From a bacterium (GTDB taxonomy: Bacteria; Auribacterota; UBA3054): 64,000 nucleotides of DNA. The notes under the pieces were generated by a model that saw only the letters and a list, made by a program, of their open reading frames with translations, made no database searches and was not told the DNA's origin. The first letter of the stretch is position 1, and each line of letters opens with the position of its first letter. Both the position numbers and the translations under genes were made by a program. The stretch covers positions 115,862-179,861 of the forward strand of contig JAFZXZ010000032.1 in assembly GCA_017616555.1 (NCBI GenBank), given 5' to 3'. This document shows positions 1-8,943 of this stretch, in pieces.

Positions 1-1
1 C

Positions 2-565
2 GACGAGGCCGACACGCTTACCCTTATGACGATCCACAACGCCAAGGGATTGGAATTCCCGGTCGTCTTCATCATGGGCATGGAGGAGGATCTCTTCCCG
101 CACATCAACGCCAAGGGCATCAAAGACGAGATTGAAGAAGAGAGAAGGCTCTGCTACGTCGGCATGACGCGCGCCAAGGAAAGGCTCTTTTTGTCCTGCG
201 CCCTGAAGAGAGTGATGTTCGGCGTCAACCAGTCCCGCGATCCCTCCCGTTTCTTAGGCGAGATCGCTTCGAACCACGTGGAGCGCCGCTTCAGCAGCCG
301 CAAGATCCTTCTCAGCGAATCTACAAGCGCCCAGAAGCTTCCCTCCAAGCCGGCCGGCACGGTGGACACCGGAGAACTGACGGTCGGAATGGCTGTCGTG
401 CACACGCACTTCGGCAACGGCGTGATCTCCTCTATTTCCGGTGAAGGCGAATCGGCAAGGCTTACGATCGAATTCGAGAACCTGCCGGCTCCCAAAGTCC
501 TTGTGGCGAAATACGCGAAACTGAAACCGCTTAAATCGGGGACGGGGAAACAATGTCGCAAGTAA
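2..565 (+). CDS. UvrD/PcrA/Rep-family DNA helicase, C-terminal fragment (5' end lies outside the window)
   Basis: The frame is open from nt 2. Motifs TIHNAKGLEFPVVF..., EERRLCYVGMTRAKERLFLS and a C-terminal VGMAVVHTHFGNGVI tail are typical of the UvrD-like helicase C-terminus. Confidence 0.75.
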   Translation, partial: DEADTLTLMTIHNAKGLEFPVVFIMGMEEDLFPHINAKGIKDEIEEERRLCYVGMTRAKERLFLSCALKRVMFGVNQSRDPSRFLGEIASNHVERRFSSRKILLSESTSAQKLPSKPAGTVDTGELTVGMAVVHTHFGNGVISSISGEGESARLTIEFENLPAPKVLVAKYAKLKPLKSGTGKQCRK

Positions 566-1734
566 CGATAGTCCGCGCGACCTACGAGGACGTTCTTCCG
601 AAACTGCGCGAACTTTTGGCCCCCTTGGGCGGCATAGAAACTTTTGTCAAACCGGGCCAGAAGGTTCTTCTTAAAGCCAATCTTCTTGGCTCCTACAACG
701 TGGCCAAAGCCGTTACCACCGATCCCAGAGTGGTCGAGGCTATGATCACCCTTGTCAAGGAAGCCGGAGGCATTCCAATGGTCGGCGACAGCCCGGGAAT
801 GGGCACGCTTAAGTCCGCCATCAAAGCCGGAGGTTTGGAAGAGATATTGGAAAGGGAGCAAGTCGCCGTAGCCGATTTCGAGAACGAGGACGTCTATCCC
901 AGGCCGGAGAACCGCGTTTCGCAGCGCCTTGTGCTGGCCAGGGCCATAAAGGAAGCCGACGTTATCATAACGCTCCCCAAACTGAAGACGCACGTCCAGA
1001 TGAATTTCACCGGCGCCATCAAGAACCAGTACGGCCTGATGGTCGGCGTCAGGAAGAGCAACTACCATCTGCGCTTGAGGGACAACGATCTCATGGGCGA
1101 ACTGATGGTGGAGATAAATAAGACCGCTCACGTCGCCCTGGCCGTGATGGACGGCATCGTCGCCATGGAAGGGGACGGCCCTTCCGGCGGCAGCCCCAGG
1201 GAACTCGGTCTGCTTCTGGCTTCAAGGGATCTTCTGGCCGTCGATATGGCGGCCTGCCGCATAATAGGCTTGGATCCCATGAAGGTCCCGACCGTTACGG
1301 CGGCCTTGCGTCTGAATTACGGCGAGGGCGAGGAGAAGACGACATTCCCGCTTCTTACGCCGGATGAAGTGAAAGTCAAAGACTTCAAGCAGGTCGCCCA
1401 CAGCAAGGACATCATAAGGATGCTGCCGATGCCGAAGTGGTTCATGCGCTGGTTCGGCGCCCAGTGGGCCCCGCATCCCCAGATCGATCCCACAAAATGC
1501 ATAAAGTGCTTCCGCTGCAGGAACGGCTGCCCTGTCAAGCCTCCCGCCATCGATCCAGAACGAGGAAAAAACGTCAGCAAGGACTGCATCCGCTGCTACT
1601 GCTGCCACGAGTTCTGTCCGGCCGACGCTATAAAATTGAAGCGTTCCTTCCTTGACCGCATTTTCCACTTCAATTCGCTCCTTAACTTTTTGAGCCGGGT
1701 TTTTGGTAAATTAATATCCAAATTCAGCATTTGA
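553..1734 (+). CDS. DUF362-family protein with C-terminal 4Fe-4S ferredoxin domain
   Basis: The N-terminal region resembles DUF362 (IITLPKLKTHVQMNFTGAIKNQYGLM, MDGIVAMEGDGP). The C-terminus has two Cys clusters (CIKCFRCRNGCP and CIRCYCCHEFCP). It overlaps the upstream helicase by 13 nt. Confidence 0.65.
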   Translation: MSQVTIVRATYEDVLPKLRELLAPLGGIETFVKPGQKVLLKANLLGSYNVAKAVTTDPRVVEAMITLVKEAGGIPMVGDSPGMGTLKSAIKAGGLEEILEREQVAVADFENEDVYPRPENRVSQRLVLARAIKEADVIITLPKLKTHVQMNFTGAIKNQYGLMVGVRKSNYHLRLRDNDLMGELMVEINKTAHVALAVMDGIVAMEGDGPSGGSPRELGLLLASRDLLAVDMAACRIIGLDPMKVPTVTAALRLNYGEGEEKTTFPLLTPDEVKVKDFKQVAHSKDIIRMLPMPKWFMRWFGAQWAPHPQIDPTKCIKCFRCRNGCPVKPPAIDPERGKNVSKDCIRCYCCHEFCPADAIKLKRSFLDRIFHFNSLLNFLSRVFGKLISKFSI

Positions 1735-1737
1735 AAA

Positions 1738-2508
1738 ATGGATCGCGAAACAACCACAGTTTTAGAAAATAGAGCGCTGGGAAAAGACCACCGCATGCTC
1801 GTCGTCAAGGCGCAAAAGCTTGCGATGTTGTCACGCCCCGGCCAGTTCGCCGAGCTTTCGACCGACGGCGCCACGCTTCTCAGGAAGCCCATCAGCATAG
1901 CGATGGCTAGTAAGGAGAAGGGGACGCTTACCTTTGTTTTCCGTATGATAGGGAAAGGGACGGAATATCTCGGCGCCCTAGAACCAGGATCAGCGCTAGA
2001 CATCATCGGCCCCCTTGGCAACGGCTTTGATACATGCTGCAAATCGGCTCTGCTCGTTGGAGGCGGCGTCGGGACCCCGCCGCTCCTCTATTTGGCGTCG
2101 CAGCTTAGAAAAGAAGGCAAAGAGGTGGCCGTAGTTCTGGGCGCACGCGACAAGGCGGACCTTCTCCTTCTGGACGAATTCGCCAAGCTTGGTATAGAGC
2201 CACTTTGCGCGACTGACAATGGTTCCTGCGGCGTCAAGGGTACGGTCGTGACCGCACTCACGGAAAAGGCCGCTTTAGACTTCGAAACGAAGCTTTACGC
2301 CTGCGGCCCCTGGCCCATGCTGAAAGCGCTGGCCTCTTTTGCGGAAGAGAAAGGAGTTAAGCTGGAAGTGCTTCTGGAAGCGTACATGGGCTGCGGCATG
2401 GGAATCTGCGTAGGCTGCACGGTGCCGACTACGGAAGGCATGAAAAGAGTTTGCAAGGAAGGGCCGGCCTTCAACGCTAAGGAGATCTTATGGAACAAAA
2501 TTCGTTAG
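1738..2508 (+). CDS. PyrK-like FAD/NAD(P)-binding oxidoreductase with 2Fe-2S cluster
   Basis: It resembles the dihydroorotate dehydrogenase electron-transfer subunit / ferredoxin-NADP reductase family. It carries GGGVGTPP and the C-terminal Cys cluster CGMGICVGCTV. Confidence 0.6.
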   Translation: MDRETTTVLENRALGKDHRMLVVKAQKLAMLSRPGQFAELSTDGATLLRKPISIAMASKEKGTLTFVFRMIGKGTEYLGALEPGSALDIIGPLGNGFDTCCKSALLVGGGVGTPPLLYLASQLRKEGKEVAVVLGARDKADLLLLDEFAKLGIEPLCATDNGSCGVKGTVVTALTEKAALDFETKLYACGPWPMLKALASFAEEKGVKLEVLLEAYMGCGMGICVGCTVPTTEGMKRVCKEGPAFNAKEILWNKIR

Positions 2509-3959
2509 GCGTCATCACCGACAGAGAGACGTCTTTCGGCAGGATCTTAGGAAAGGTGCTGTTCATCGCGATCCTCATCGCGCTCTTCTGGTCGCCTCTG
2601 TGGTTTGGCACTCCCCAGCATCCGGAATTGCAGAAGACCCTCGTGGAAAGAAGCGTCGATCTGATGCCTGAGAACGCTTCTTTTTCCACGCTCGTTTCGA
2701 ACGCTTACGTCGCGCTTTTCCAGTATTCTTATCCCAACCGCAACCTTGAGTATCTGCTCTTTTTCATCGGCGTTTTCGCCGTGCTTTCCCTTGTGGCCAA
2801 ATGCCGCGTTTTGAAAAAGAATCACAACGTGACTTACATCGGTTTGGGCTGGGCTTTTCTGATGCTTTCGATCATGGCCTCCTTCAAGATGGCCAAGGTC
2901 CCGGAATACAGGGATCCCTGGGGCGGCGCGCTCTTCATTCTGTACGGCGCTTTCTTTTACGCCTCCGCCATCGCCGCTCTGACTTCGAAACGGCGTCACG
3001 TCATGGCGGTCATAATTTGCCTTTCGATGCTTTTTGTGGCGCAGAACGCTTTTTTCCAACTGATGGGCGGGTTGGCCAAGACCAGGGAGCTCTTCGCTGA
3101 GGAGCATGGTTTTTCCAGTTTCGCGGCTTATACGAACGAATGGTTCAAAACGAGCCATGACGCCGCGGACACCTACACCATGAACCGCCTTCTCAGCCCC
3201 AGGATCACCGCCACTTTCACATCCCCTAATATCCTGGCAAGTTATGCCATGATGGTCTTTCTTTTAAGCCTGGGACTCTGGAAGACCAAGGGCGAAAAGA
3301 TCCTTCGCTATATCGGGCTCATTACGGCAGTCGTTTCCCTTGCAGTCCTGTTCTTCACAAGATCGAAATCCGTGATCGCGCTGACTTTCGTGCTTGCGCT
3401 TATTTGGAGCTTCGTCCTTTTCAAGGCGAAGGAAGTCTCGCTTAATTTCCTGATCTCAGTCTTCATAGTTGGCGCGGTCTTCACGACCTTGGGCTTCGTC
3501 TGGGGCTACGGCTCCAACCTTGGCAAAAAATTGAGCAGTTCCGGAGGCGCGAGGCTGACTTACTGGAAGGTCGCTTTCAAAATGATCAAGCAGAAAGCCC
3601 TGACCGGCTACGGCATCAACTCTTTCGCGAGGTGGTACAAGGTCTGGTCTCCCCAGGGATCCGAGCCGAGCAAGTTCGTGCACAACACCATTCTCCAGAT
3701 GTGGGCGGAATTCGGCATGTTCGCAGGTGTCGGCTGGCTTCTGGCCTGCTGCCTTCCCATCACCAACGGCTGGGACAATTTCAAAGCCTCCGTCAAGAAA
3801 GACGCGCTTCAGCTTTCCTGCATTCTGGCCGCCGGCGGGTTCTTCGTTCACAACCTGCTGGACTTTGATTTTTACGTTCCCGGCGTGACCGTGACCGCCC
3901 TGGCCGTCATGGCATTGGCGCTCTGCGGCCACGACGATCCCAAAGAAACCCAAAGCTAA
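2490..3959 (+). CDS. O-antigen ligase (Wzy_C)-like polytopic membrane protein
   Basis: It has about ten hydrophobic segments. The motif FVHNTILQMWAEFGMFAGVGWL is typical of O-antigen ligase/PglL-type proteins. Confidence 0.5.
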   Translation: MEQNSLGVITDRETSFGRILGKVLFIAILIALFWSPLWFGTPQHPELQKTLVERSVDLMPENASFSTLVSNAYVALFQYSYPNRNLEYLLFFIGVFAVLSLVAKCRVLKKNHNVTYIGLGWAFLMLSIMASFKMAKVPEYRDPWGGALFILYGAFFYASAIAALTSKRRHVMAVIICLSMLFVAQNAFFQLMGGLAKTRELFAEEHGFSSFAAYTNEWFKTSHDAADTYTMNRLLSPRITATFTSPNILASYAMMVFLLSLGLWKTKGEKILRYIGLITAVVSLAVLFFTRSKSVIALTFVLALIWSFVLFKAKEVSLNFLISVFIVGAVFTTLGFVWGYGSNLGKKLSSSGGARLTYWKVAFKMIKQKALTGYGINSFARWYKVWSPQGSEPSKFVHNTILQMWAEFGMFAGVGWLLACCLPITNGWDNFKASVKKDALQLSCILAAGGFFVHNLLDFDFYVPGVTVTALAVMALALCGHDDPKETQS

Positions 3960-3966
3960 AATTATT

Positions 3967-4377
3967 ATGTCTAAAGAATTGGAAGAAGGCTCTGAGCTGC
4001 AGCTTGATTTTACGAAACTGAAAAAAGTCGCCAACTGCGGAGCTGACGTCGTTCCGGTCGGCGTCCAGGACGCCGAGACAGGCGAACTTTTGATAATAGC
4101 CTACGCCAACCAGGCCGCTCTCGACCACACCATAAAGACCGGGCACGCCACTTTCTGGAGCACGTCCAGAAACGAACTTTGGGAAAAGGGCGCGACCAGC
4201 GGCGACGTCCTGGAGATAGTGGAGATCAGGGTGAACTGCGAGCAGAATTCGCTTCTTTACCTCGTCAGGCCCTTAGGCAAGGGCGCCTGCCACACCAAGG
4301 ACAAAAACGGCGTAGCGAGAAGCTCCTGCTATTACCGCAAACTGGTGGAGGGGAAGCTGGAAAAGCTTCCGGAATAA
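3967..4377 (+). CDS. hisI: phosphoribosyl-AMP cyclohydrolase
   Basis: VQDAETGELLIIAYANQAAL, TFWSTSRNELWEKGATSG and ACHT...SCY match monofunctional HisI. No other his genes are nearby. Confidence 0.8.
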   Translation: MSKELEEGSELQLDFTKLKKVANCGADVVPVGVQDAETGELLIIAYANQAALDHTIKTGHATFWSTSRNELWEKGATSGDVLEIVEIRVNCEQNSLLYLVRPLGKGACHTKDKNGVARSSCYYRKLVEGKLEKLPE

Positions 4378-4382
4378 AGCCG

Positions 4383-5150
4383 TCAGCGTTTCCCGGAGAA
4401 GAAGCTTGATTCGCCGCTCGCTTCCTCTTTGATCTCGGCTTCCAGCTTTTGGGAATCTATTTTGCCGCTTATTATCCTGCTTTTGTCGCGGCTTATCGCG
4501 GTGAATTTTCCCTTGTCGGCCACCCCGGAATAAAATTCGGCGCTGACGCTATCGGGTGTTTTATTTACCATTACGACAAGGTTCATGTTGTTGTTTTTGC
4601 CGTTTGAAAAAGTTGCTTTCAGTTCGGCGTCTTTTTCGCCTTCCTTGCCGGAAAGTTTTCCCTTGTAAGTGTAGATCTTGACATTTATAAGATCAGGCTT
4701 GCTCTCTTCGCAGGACTCCTCTCGCTTTATTTGCGGTTCAGGAGGGGCGGCGCCTGTGCTTTCGTCATCAGAGCGGCTGGAAGCGGCTTCTCCCATCATG
4801 CTTTCCCCGTCTTTGGCGGAAAGGCTGTACAAAAGTTCTTCGCCGTTCATAACACCGGCGTTGAATTCGTTTTTCTCCATGACTCCGTACAAGGAGAGGC
4901 GGCCGTCGGCGCTTTTGGCTTTGCACGCGTTTCCTTCCATTTCGCCGCGAAAGACCTGGGATCTTATTCTTGAATTGATCCTGCGGCGGATCTCACAGAA
5001 GAAACTGTTTTCCTCTGAACCGATCCTGAAGACGACAAGACAGTCGCCAGTCGAGCCATCCTTAAAGGAAAGCTCGCCGAACATCGTGCGCTCTTCATCG
5101 AAAGCGAAGAGGGAAAGAGCCAGGCAAAAAATGAACGCTAATCTTTTCAT
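4383..5150 (-). CDS. secreted hypothetical protein
   Basis: It has an N-terminal signal peptide (MKRLAFIFCLALSLFAF). It has no recognisable domain. GC is somewhat lower (~48%). Confidence 0.45.
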   Translation of the reverse strand: MKRLAFIFCLALSLFAFDEERTMFGELSFKDGSTGDCLVVFRIGSEENSFFCEIRRRINSRIRSQVFRGEMEGNACKAKSADGRLSLYGVMEKNEFNAGVMNGEELLYSLSAKDGESMMGEAASSRSDDESTGAAPPEPQIKREESCEESKPDLINVKIYTYKGKLSGKEGEKDAELKATFSNGKNNNMNLVVMVNKTPDSVSAEFYSGVADKGKFTAISRDKSRIISGKIDSQKLEAEIKEEASGESSFFSGKR

Positions 5151-5198
5151 ATCGCGAATATTCTACCATTAATCCAGGCGGTTTGCTAAAATTAGAAT

Positions 5199-5870
5199 AT
5201 GGAAAAAAGAAAAATAGAAGCTATTATTTTCGACCTGGACGGCTTGATGCTTAACACCGAGCCAGTCGCCATGCGCGCCATGGCGGAGGCGATACGGTTG
5301 AAGAACGGGCGCGAGATGACCTTCGCCTTCTTCAGGCAGCTAATAGGGCATGCCAGGTCCGACACTTACGGCTTCTTCGCCGAGGAATACGGCTTCAGCG
5401 TGGAGGAGACGAATTCCGTCCGCGACAAGTGCGCCGAACTGATAGTCGAGGCCATAGGAAGAGGGGAGGGAAAGCCCAAGCCGGGGCTTATAGAACTCCT
5501 GGACCTTCTGGACGAGCGCGCTATGCCGAGAGTGGTGGCGTCCAGTTCGCCGAGATCCCAGGTCTTGCAGAAGCTCAGGATGGTTGGCCTTCTTCACCGC
5601 GTGAACTCCGTTATCAGCGGCTGGGAGGTTCCGCAAAGCAAACCGGAGCCGGATATCTTTCTGAAGGCCGCCGAATTGATCGACGCGAAGCCTGAAGGAT
5701 GCCTGGTCTTGGAGGATTCCCCGGCCGGTATAGAAGCGGCCAAAAGAGCCGGCATGACGTCCATCATGGTTCCCGATCTTGTCGCCCCGGGAGAAGAGGA
5801 AAAGCAGCGCGCGCTAATGATCCTTCCCGACCTTTTCGCGGTCGCGGAAGCTGTTAAGGATATGCTATAA
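5199..5870 (+). CDS. HAD-superfamily hydrolase (beta-phosphoglucomutase-like, subfamily IA)
   Basis: It carries the IIFDLDGLMLNTEP motif I and the downstream HAD motifs (VVASSSP, LEDSPAGIEAAKRAGM). Confidence 0.75.
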   Translation: MEKRKIEAIIFDLDGLMLNTEPVAMRAMAEAIRLKNGREMTFAFFRQLIGHARSDTYGFFAEEYGFSVEETNSVRDKCAELIVEAIGRGEGKPKPGLIELLDLLDERAMPRVVASSSPRSQVLQKLRMVGLLHRVNSVISGWEVPQSKPEPDIFLKAAELIDAKPEGCLVLEDSPAGIEAAKRAGMTSIMVPDLVAPGEEEKQRALMILPDLFAVAEAVKDML

Positions 5871-5879
5871 TCTAAACCT

Positions 5880-7703
5880 ATGAAAGACGATAGACAGATA
5901 AAGCTCCTGCCCGAGGACGTGGCTAACAAGATAGCCGCGGGCGAGGTGGTGGAGCGCCCCGCTTCGGTGGTCAAGGAACTCGTTGAGAATTCCCTGGACG
6001 CCGGGGCGAAGCGCGTTTGCGTCGAAATAATGGAGGGCGGACGCAAACTCATATCTGTCTCGGACGACGGCTGCGGAATGTCGCGGGAAGACGCGAAAAT
6101 GTCTTTAATGCGCCATGCGACCAGCAAAATAAGGACCGCCGTCGATATCTCAAACGTCAGGACTTTGGGCTTCAGAGGCGAGGCGCTGCCATCTATCGCG
6201 AGCGTTTCGCGCTTCGAGATGACTACGGCCCCAGCCGACGGAGGCGCGCCTACCTGCATTAAGGTGGAAGGCGGCTCCGATATGTCGGTTTCCGATGCGG
6301 CGCGTTCCCAGGGCACGACGATCAGCGTCAGGAATCTTTTCTTCTGCGTGCCGGTCAGGGCCAAGTTTTTGAAGACCGACGCCACGGAATTAGGCCATAT
6401 CGCGCGCTTCATGCAGAACGCGGTGCTGACGCATCCTTACGTCGGGTTCCGCTATCTCGTTGACAAAACGGAAGTCTTCAACCTGCCTCCGCAAAATGAG
6501 ACGGTTCCTTTTATGGAAGCGGTCCAGGCCAGGCTCCGCCAATTGAGGGGGACGGATTTTACAAATTCCCTAATTCCTGTCGGCGCTTCTTTAGAAGGGC
6601 GCTTGATCGAGGGCTTCGTTTCGCCCTGGACCATTGCCAGCGGCACGAGGAGCGAGATCTTCCTTTTCGTCAACCGCAGGGCCGTGAGGTGCGTCTGGCT
6701 GTCGGCGCTTCTTAAAAGGGCTTACGGAACTTTGCTCAGTCCCGAACGCTATCCTTACGCCTTCCTTTTCCTTACCGTCGCCCCCAACACCATCGACATA
6801 AACGTGCATCCCGCCAAACTGGACATCCGTTTCAGAAGCGAGCATCTTGTCCAGGACCTTATTGCGCGCGCCGTCTCGGACGCTTTGCGCTCCGACATGG
6901 CTCCGCCGGAACTGTCACTTTCGGGTCCATTGGACGCAAACGCTCCGGAACTCGGCAGCAAGTCCTCGTTCAAAAAGCCGCAGGAACTTTCCATGATGCG
7001 GGGGGAGAAGCTTTCCGTAGAGGACTGGAAGAAGATCTACGCCGCGCCTGAAGAGGAGGCTTCTTCCGTCAGGGAAAAAGAGGAGGAAACTTACGAGGCG
7101 AAGGGGATTGGCACGCTTTCAAGTTCCAAAGCCCTGGCCCAGGCCGGCGGCATGTATATTTTGGCTGAGATCGAAGGAAAAGGTATCGGCATAGTTGACC
7201 AGCACGCGGCTCACGAAAGGATAAATTATGAGAAGGCGCTCCAGGCTTTTGAAAGCGCCAACGCTCCCAGCCAGCGTTTGCTCCTTCCCGAGACCTTGAC
7301 GCTCTCATATGAGCAGATGGCGGCCTTGAAGCCTTACCTTGGGGAGCTCATAAAAAGCGGTTTCGCACTGGAGGAATTCGGCAAGAACACGCTGAAAGTG
7401 GACGCCATTCCCGCCTTCCTGGAAGCCTCCGCGCTTTTGGAGCTCTTCACCGACATGGCTGAGGATCTTAAACTTTTGGGCTCGTCGTCCAGGACCGAGG
7501 AAGTAAGGCGGAGACTGGCCCTGGTCATGGTCTGCAGGAAGAGCATAAAGTTCCATCATCAGCTAAGCCTTGCCGACTGCCAGGCTCTCCTTGACGAACT
7601 GATGGCGGCGAAAACGCCCTGGACCTGCCCGCACGGCAGGCCGACCATCATAATGCTGACCTATTCCGAATTGGAAAAACGCTTCGGGCGAGCCGGGCTG
7701 TAA
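5880..7703 (+). CDS. mutL: DNA mismatch repair protein MutL
   Basis: The GHKL ATPase N-terminus is present (IKLLPEDVANKIAAGEVVERPASVVKELVENSLDAG). The C-terminal dimerisation domain is present. Length is 607 aa. Confidence 0.9.
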   Translation: MKDDRQIKLLPEDVANKIAAGEVVERPASVVKELVENSLDAGAKRVCVEIMEGGRKLISVSDDGCGMSREDAKMSLMRHATSKIRTAVDISNVRTLGFRGEALPSIASVSRFEMTTAPADGGAPTCIKVEGGSDMSVSDAARSQGTTISVRNLFFCVPVRAKFLKTDATELGHIARFMQNAVLTHPYVGFRYLVDKTEVFNLPPQNETVPFMEAVQARLRQLRGTDFTNSLIPVGASLEGRLIEGFVSPWTIASGTRSEIFLFVNRRAVRCVWLSALLKRAYGTLLSPERYPYAFLFLTVAPNTIDINVHPAKLDIRFRSEHLVQDLIARAVSDALRSDMAPPELSLSGPLDANAPELGSKSSFKKPQELSMMRGEKLSVEDWKKIYAAPEEEASSVREKEEETYEAKGIGTLSSSKALAQAGGMYILAEIEGKGIGIVDQHAAHERINYEKALQAFESANAPSQRLLLPETLTLSYEQMAALKPYLGELIKSGFALEEFGKNTLKVDAIPAFLEASALLELFTDMAEDLKLLGSSSRTEEVRRRLALVMVCRKSIKFHHQLSLADCQALLDELMAAKTPWTCPHGRPTIIMLTYSELEKRFGRAGL

Positions 7704-7721
7704 TTTTTAAAAACCATAGTT

Positions 7722-8111
7722 ATGACGACAGAAAGCGAAAAGAATCTTTTCGGGCCGACCAAGAGGGAAGAAGAAAGGCGCCTCATGGAGCTGCAGAAAA
7801 AGCAGCGCCAGGAATCGCTGGAGCTATTGGGCTTTGACGCTCTCGAATCCCACTGCCCCTATTGCGGCGAGAAATATTCCATGATGATAATCGACCCTGG
7901 AAAAGAGATCCCCGCTCATTTGAAATTCCTGTCTTTTCTCCTTCCGAGGCTGCGCCGGACAAGCGCGACGCTAAGATGCGTTTCCTGCGGCAAGGAGTAC
8001 AAGACGCCCTCGTTTTTGTCTGAAATAAGCGTTCCCGTCGTCGTTTTGGTGATGGTATCCCTCATAATCCTGGGAGATTGCATATTGCTCTCCTACCTTT
8101 GCAGATACTAA
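7722..8111 (+). CDS. hypothetical zinc-ribbon membrane protein
   Basis: It has two CxxC pairs (CPYCGEK and CVSCGKEY) and a C-terminal hydrophobic segment. Confidence 0.4.
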   Translation: MTTESEKNLFGPTKREEERRLMELQKKQRQESLELLGFDALESHCPYCGEKYSMMIIDPGKEIPAHLKFLSFLLPRLRRTSATLRCVSCGKEYKTPSFLSEISVPVVVLVMVSLIILGDCILLSYLCRY

Positions 8112-8112
8112 A

Positions 8113-8943
8113 ATGCCGTTCAGAATCCTAGAAAAAACCAAGCTTGCTGACAATGTTTTCTCCATGGTCGTGGAGGCCAAGAGGCTTGCGCAAGTCCGCA
8201 AGGCCGGGCAATTCGTCATCGTAAGGCCGAGAGAAACGAGCGAGCGCATCCCGCTCACGATGGTCGGCTCAGACCCAAGGGGCGGAGTGAAACTTATTTT
8301 CCAGACAGTCGGATATACCACGATGGAATTGGCCAGCCTTGAGGCAGGCGGTTTCGTCCACGATCTGGTCGGGCCTCTAGGACAGCCGACCGAGATACCC
8401 GAAAATGGCTCTGTGATCTGCGTAGGCGGCGGAATAGGCACCGCCCCTATACTTCCTATAGCCTCCGCCCTGAAAGAGGCCAATAACCACGTTTTGGGCA
8501 TCATCGGCGCCAGGACGCAGCAGCTCCTCATCCTCGAAAACGAGATGCGGGAAGTCTGCCATGAACTTAAGATAGCGACCGACGACGGCTCCTACGGCGA
8601 GAAAGGTTTTGTCACGACGATCCTGAAAAAAGAACTGGAGAAAGGCGGGGTCGATCACGTCTATATCGTCGGGCCTATTCCCATGATGAAAGCCTGCGCG
8701 GAACTGGCGAAAGAGTATGGCGTTCCGGCTACGGCCAGCCTCAACTCCATCATGATAGACGGAACGGGAATGTGCGGCGGCTGCCGCGTCACGGTCGGCG
8801 GCAAGATCCGCTACACTTGCGTGGACGGCCCTGAGTTCCCGGCTGACAAAATAGACTTCGACGAATTGCGGAGAAGGTCTGGGATCTACAGGGAGTACGA
8901 ACACAAGTGCCGCCTTCGCGCAGCTGAGGAGGGTCTCCTATGA
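8113..8943 (+). CDS. nfnA: NfnA / sulfide dehydrogenase beta-like FAD/NAD-binding 2Fe-2S subunit
   Basis: It is a PyrK-like ferredoxin-NADP reductase subunit with the C-terminal cluster GMCGGCRV. It overlaps the downstream GltD-like gene by 4 nt. Confidence 0.7.
   Translation: MPFRILEKTKLADNVFSMVVEAKRLAQVRKAGQFVIVRPRETSERIPLTMVGSDPRGGVKLIFQTVGYTTMELASLEAGGFVHDLVGPLGQPTEIPENGSVICVGGGIGTAPILPIASALKEANNHVLGIIGARTQQLLILENEMREVCHELKIATDDGSYGEKGFVTTILKKELEKGGVDHVYIVGPIPMMKACAELAKEYGVPATASLNSIMIDGTGMCGGCRVTVGGKIRYTCVDGPEFPADKIDFDELRRRSGIYREYEHKCRLRAAEEGLL

Noticed and set aside
154-1131. 325-aa minus-strand ORF overlapping the helicase 3' end and the DUF362 gene
   Set aside because: It is the antisense shadow of two well-supported + strand genes in a GC-rich genome. 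It has no domain or RBS.
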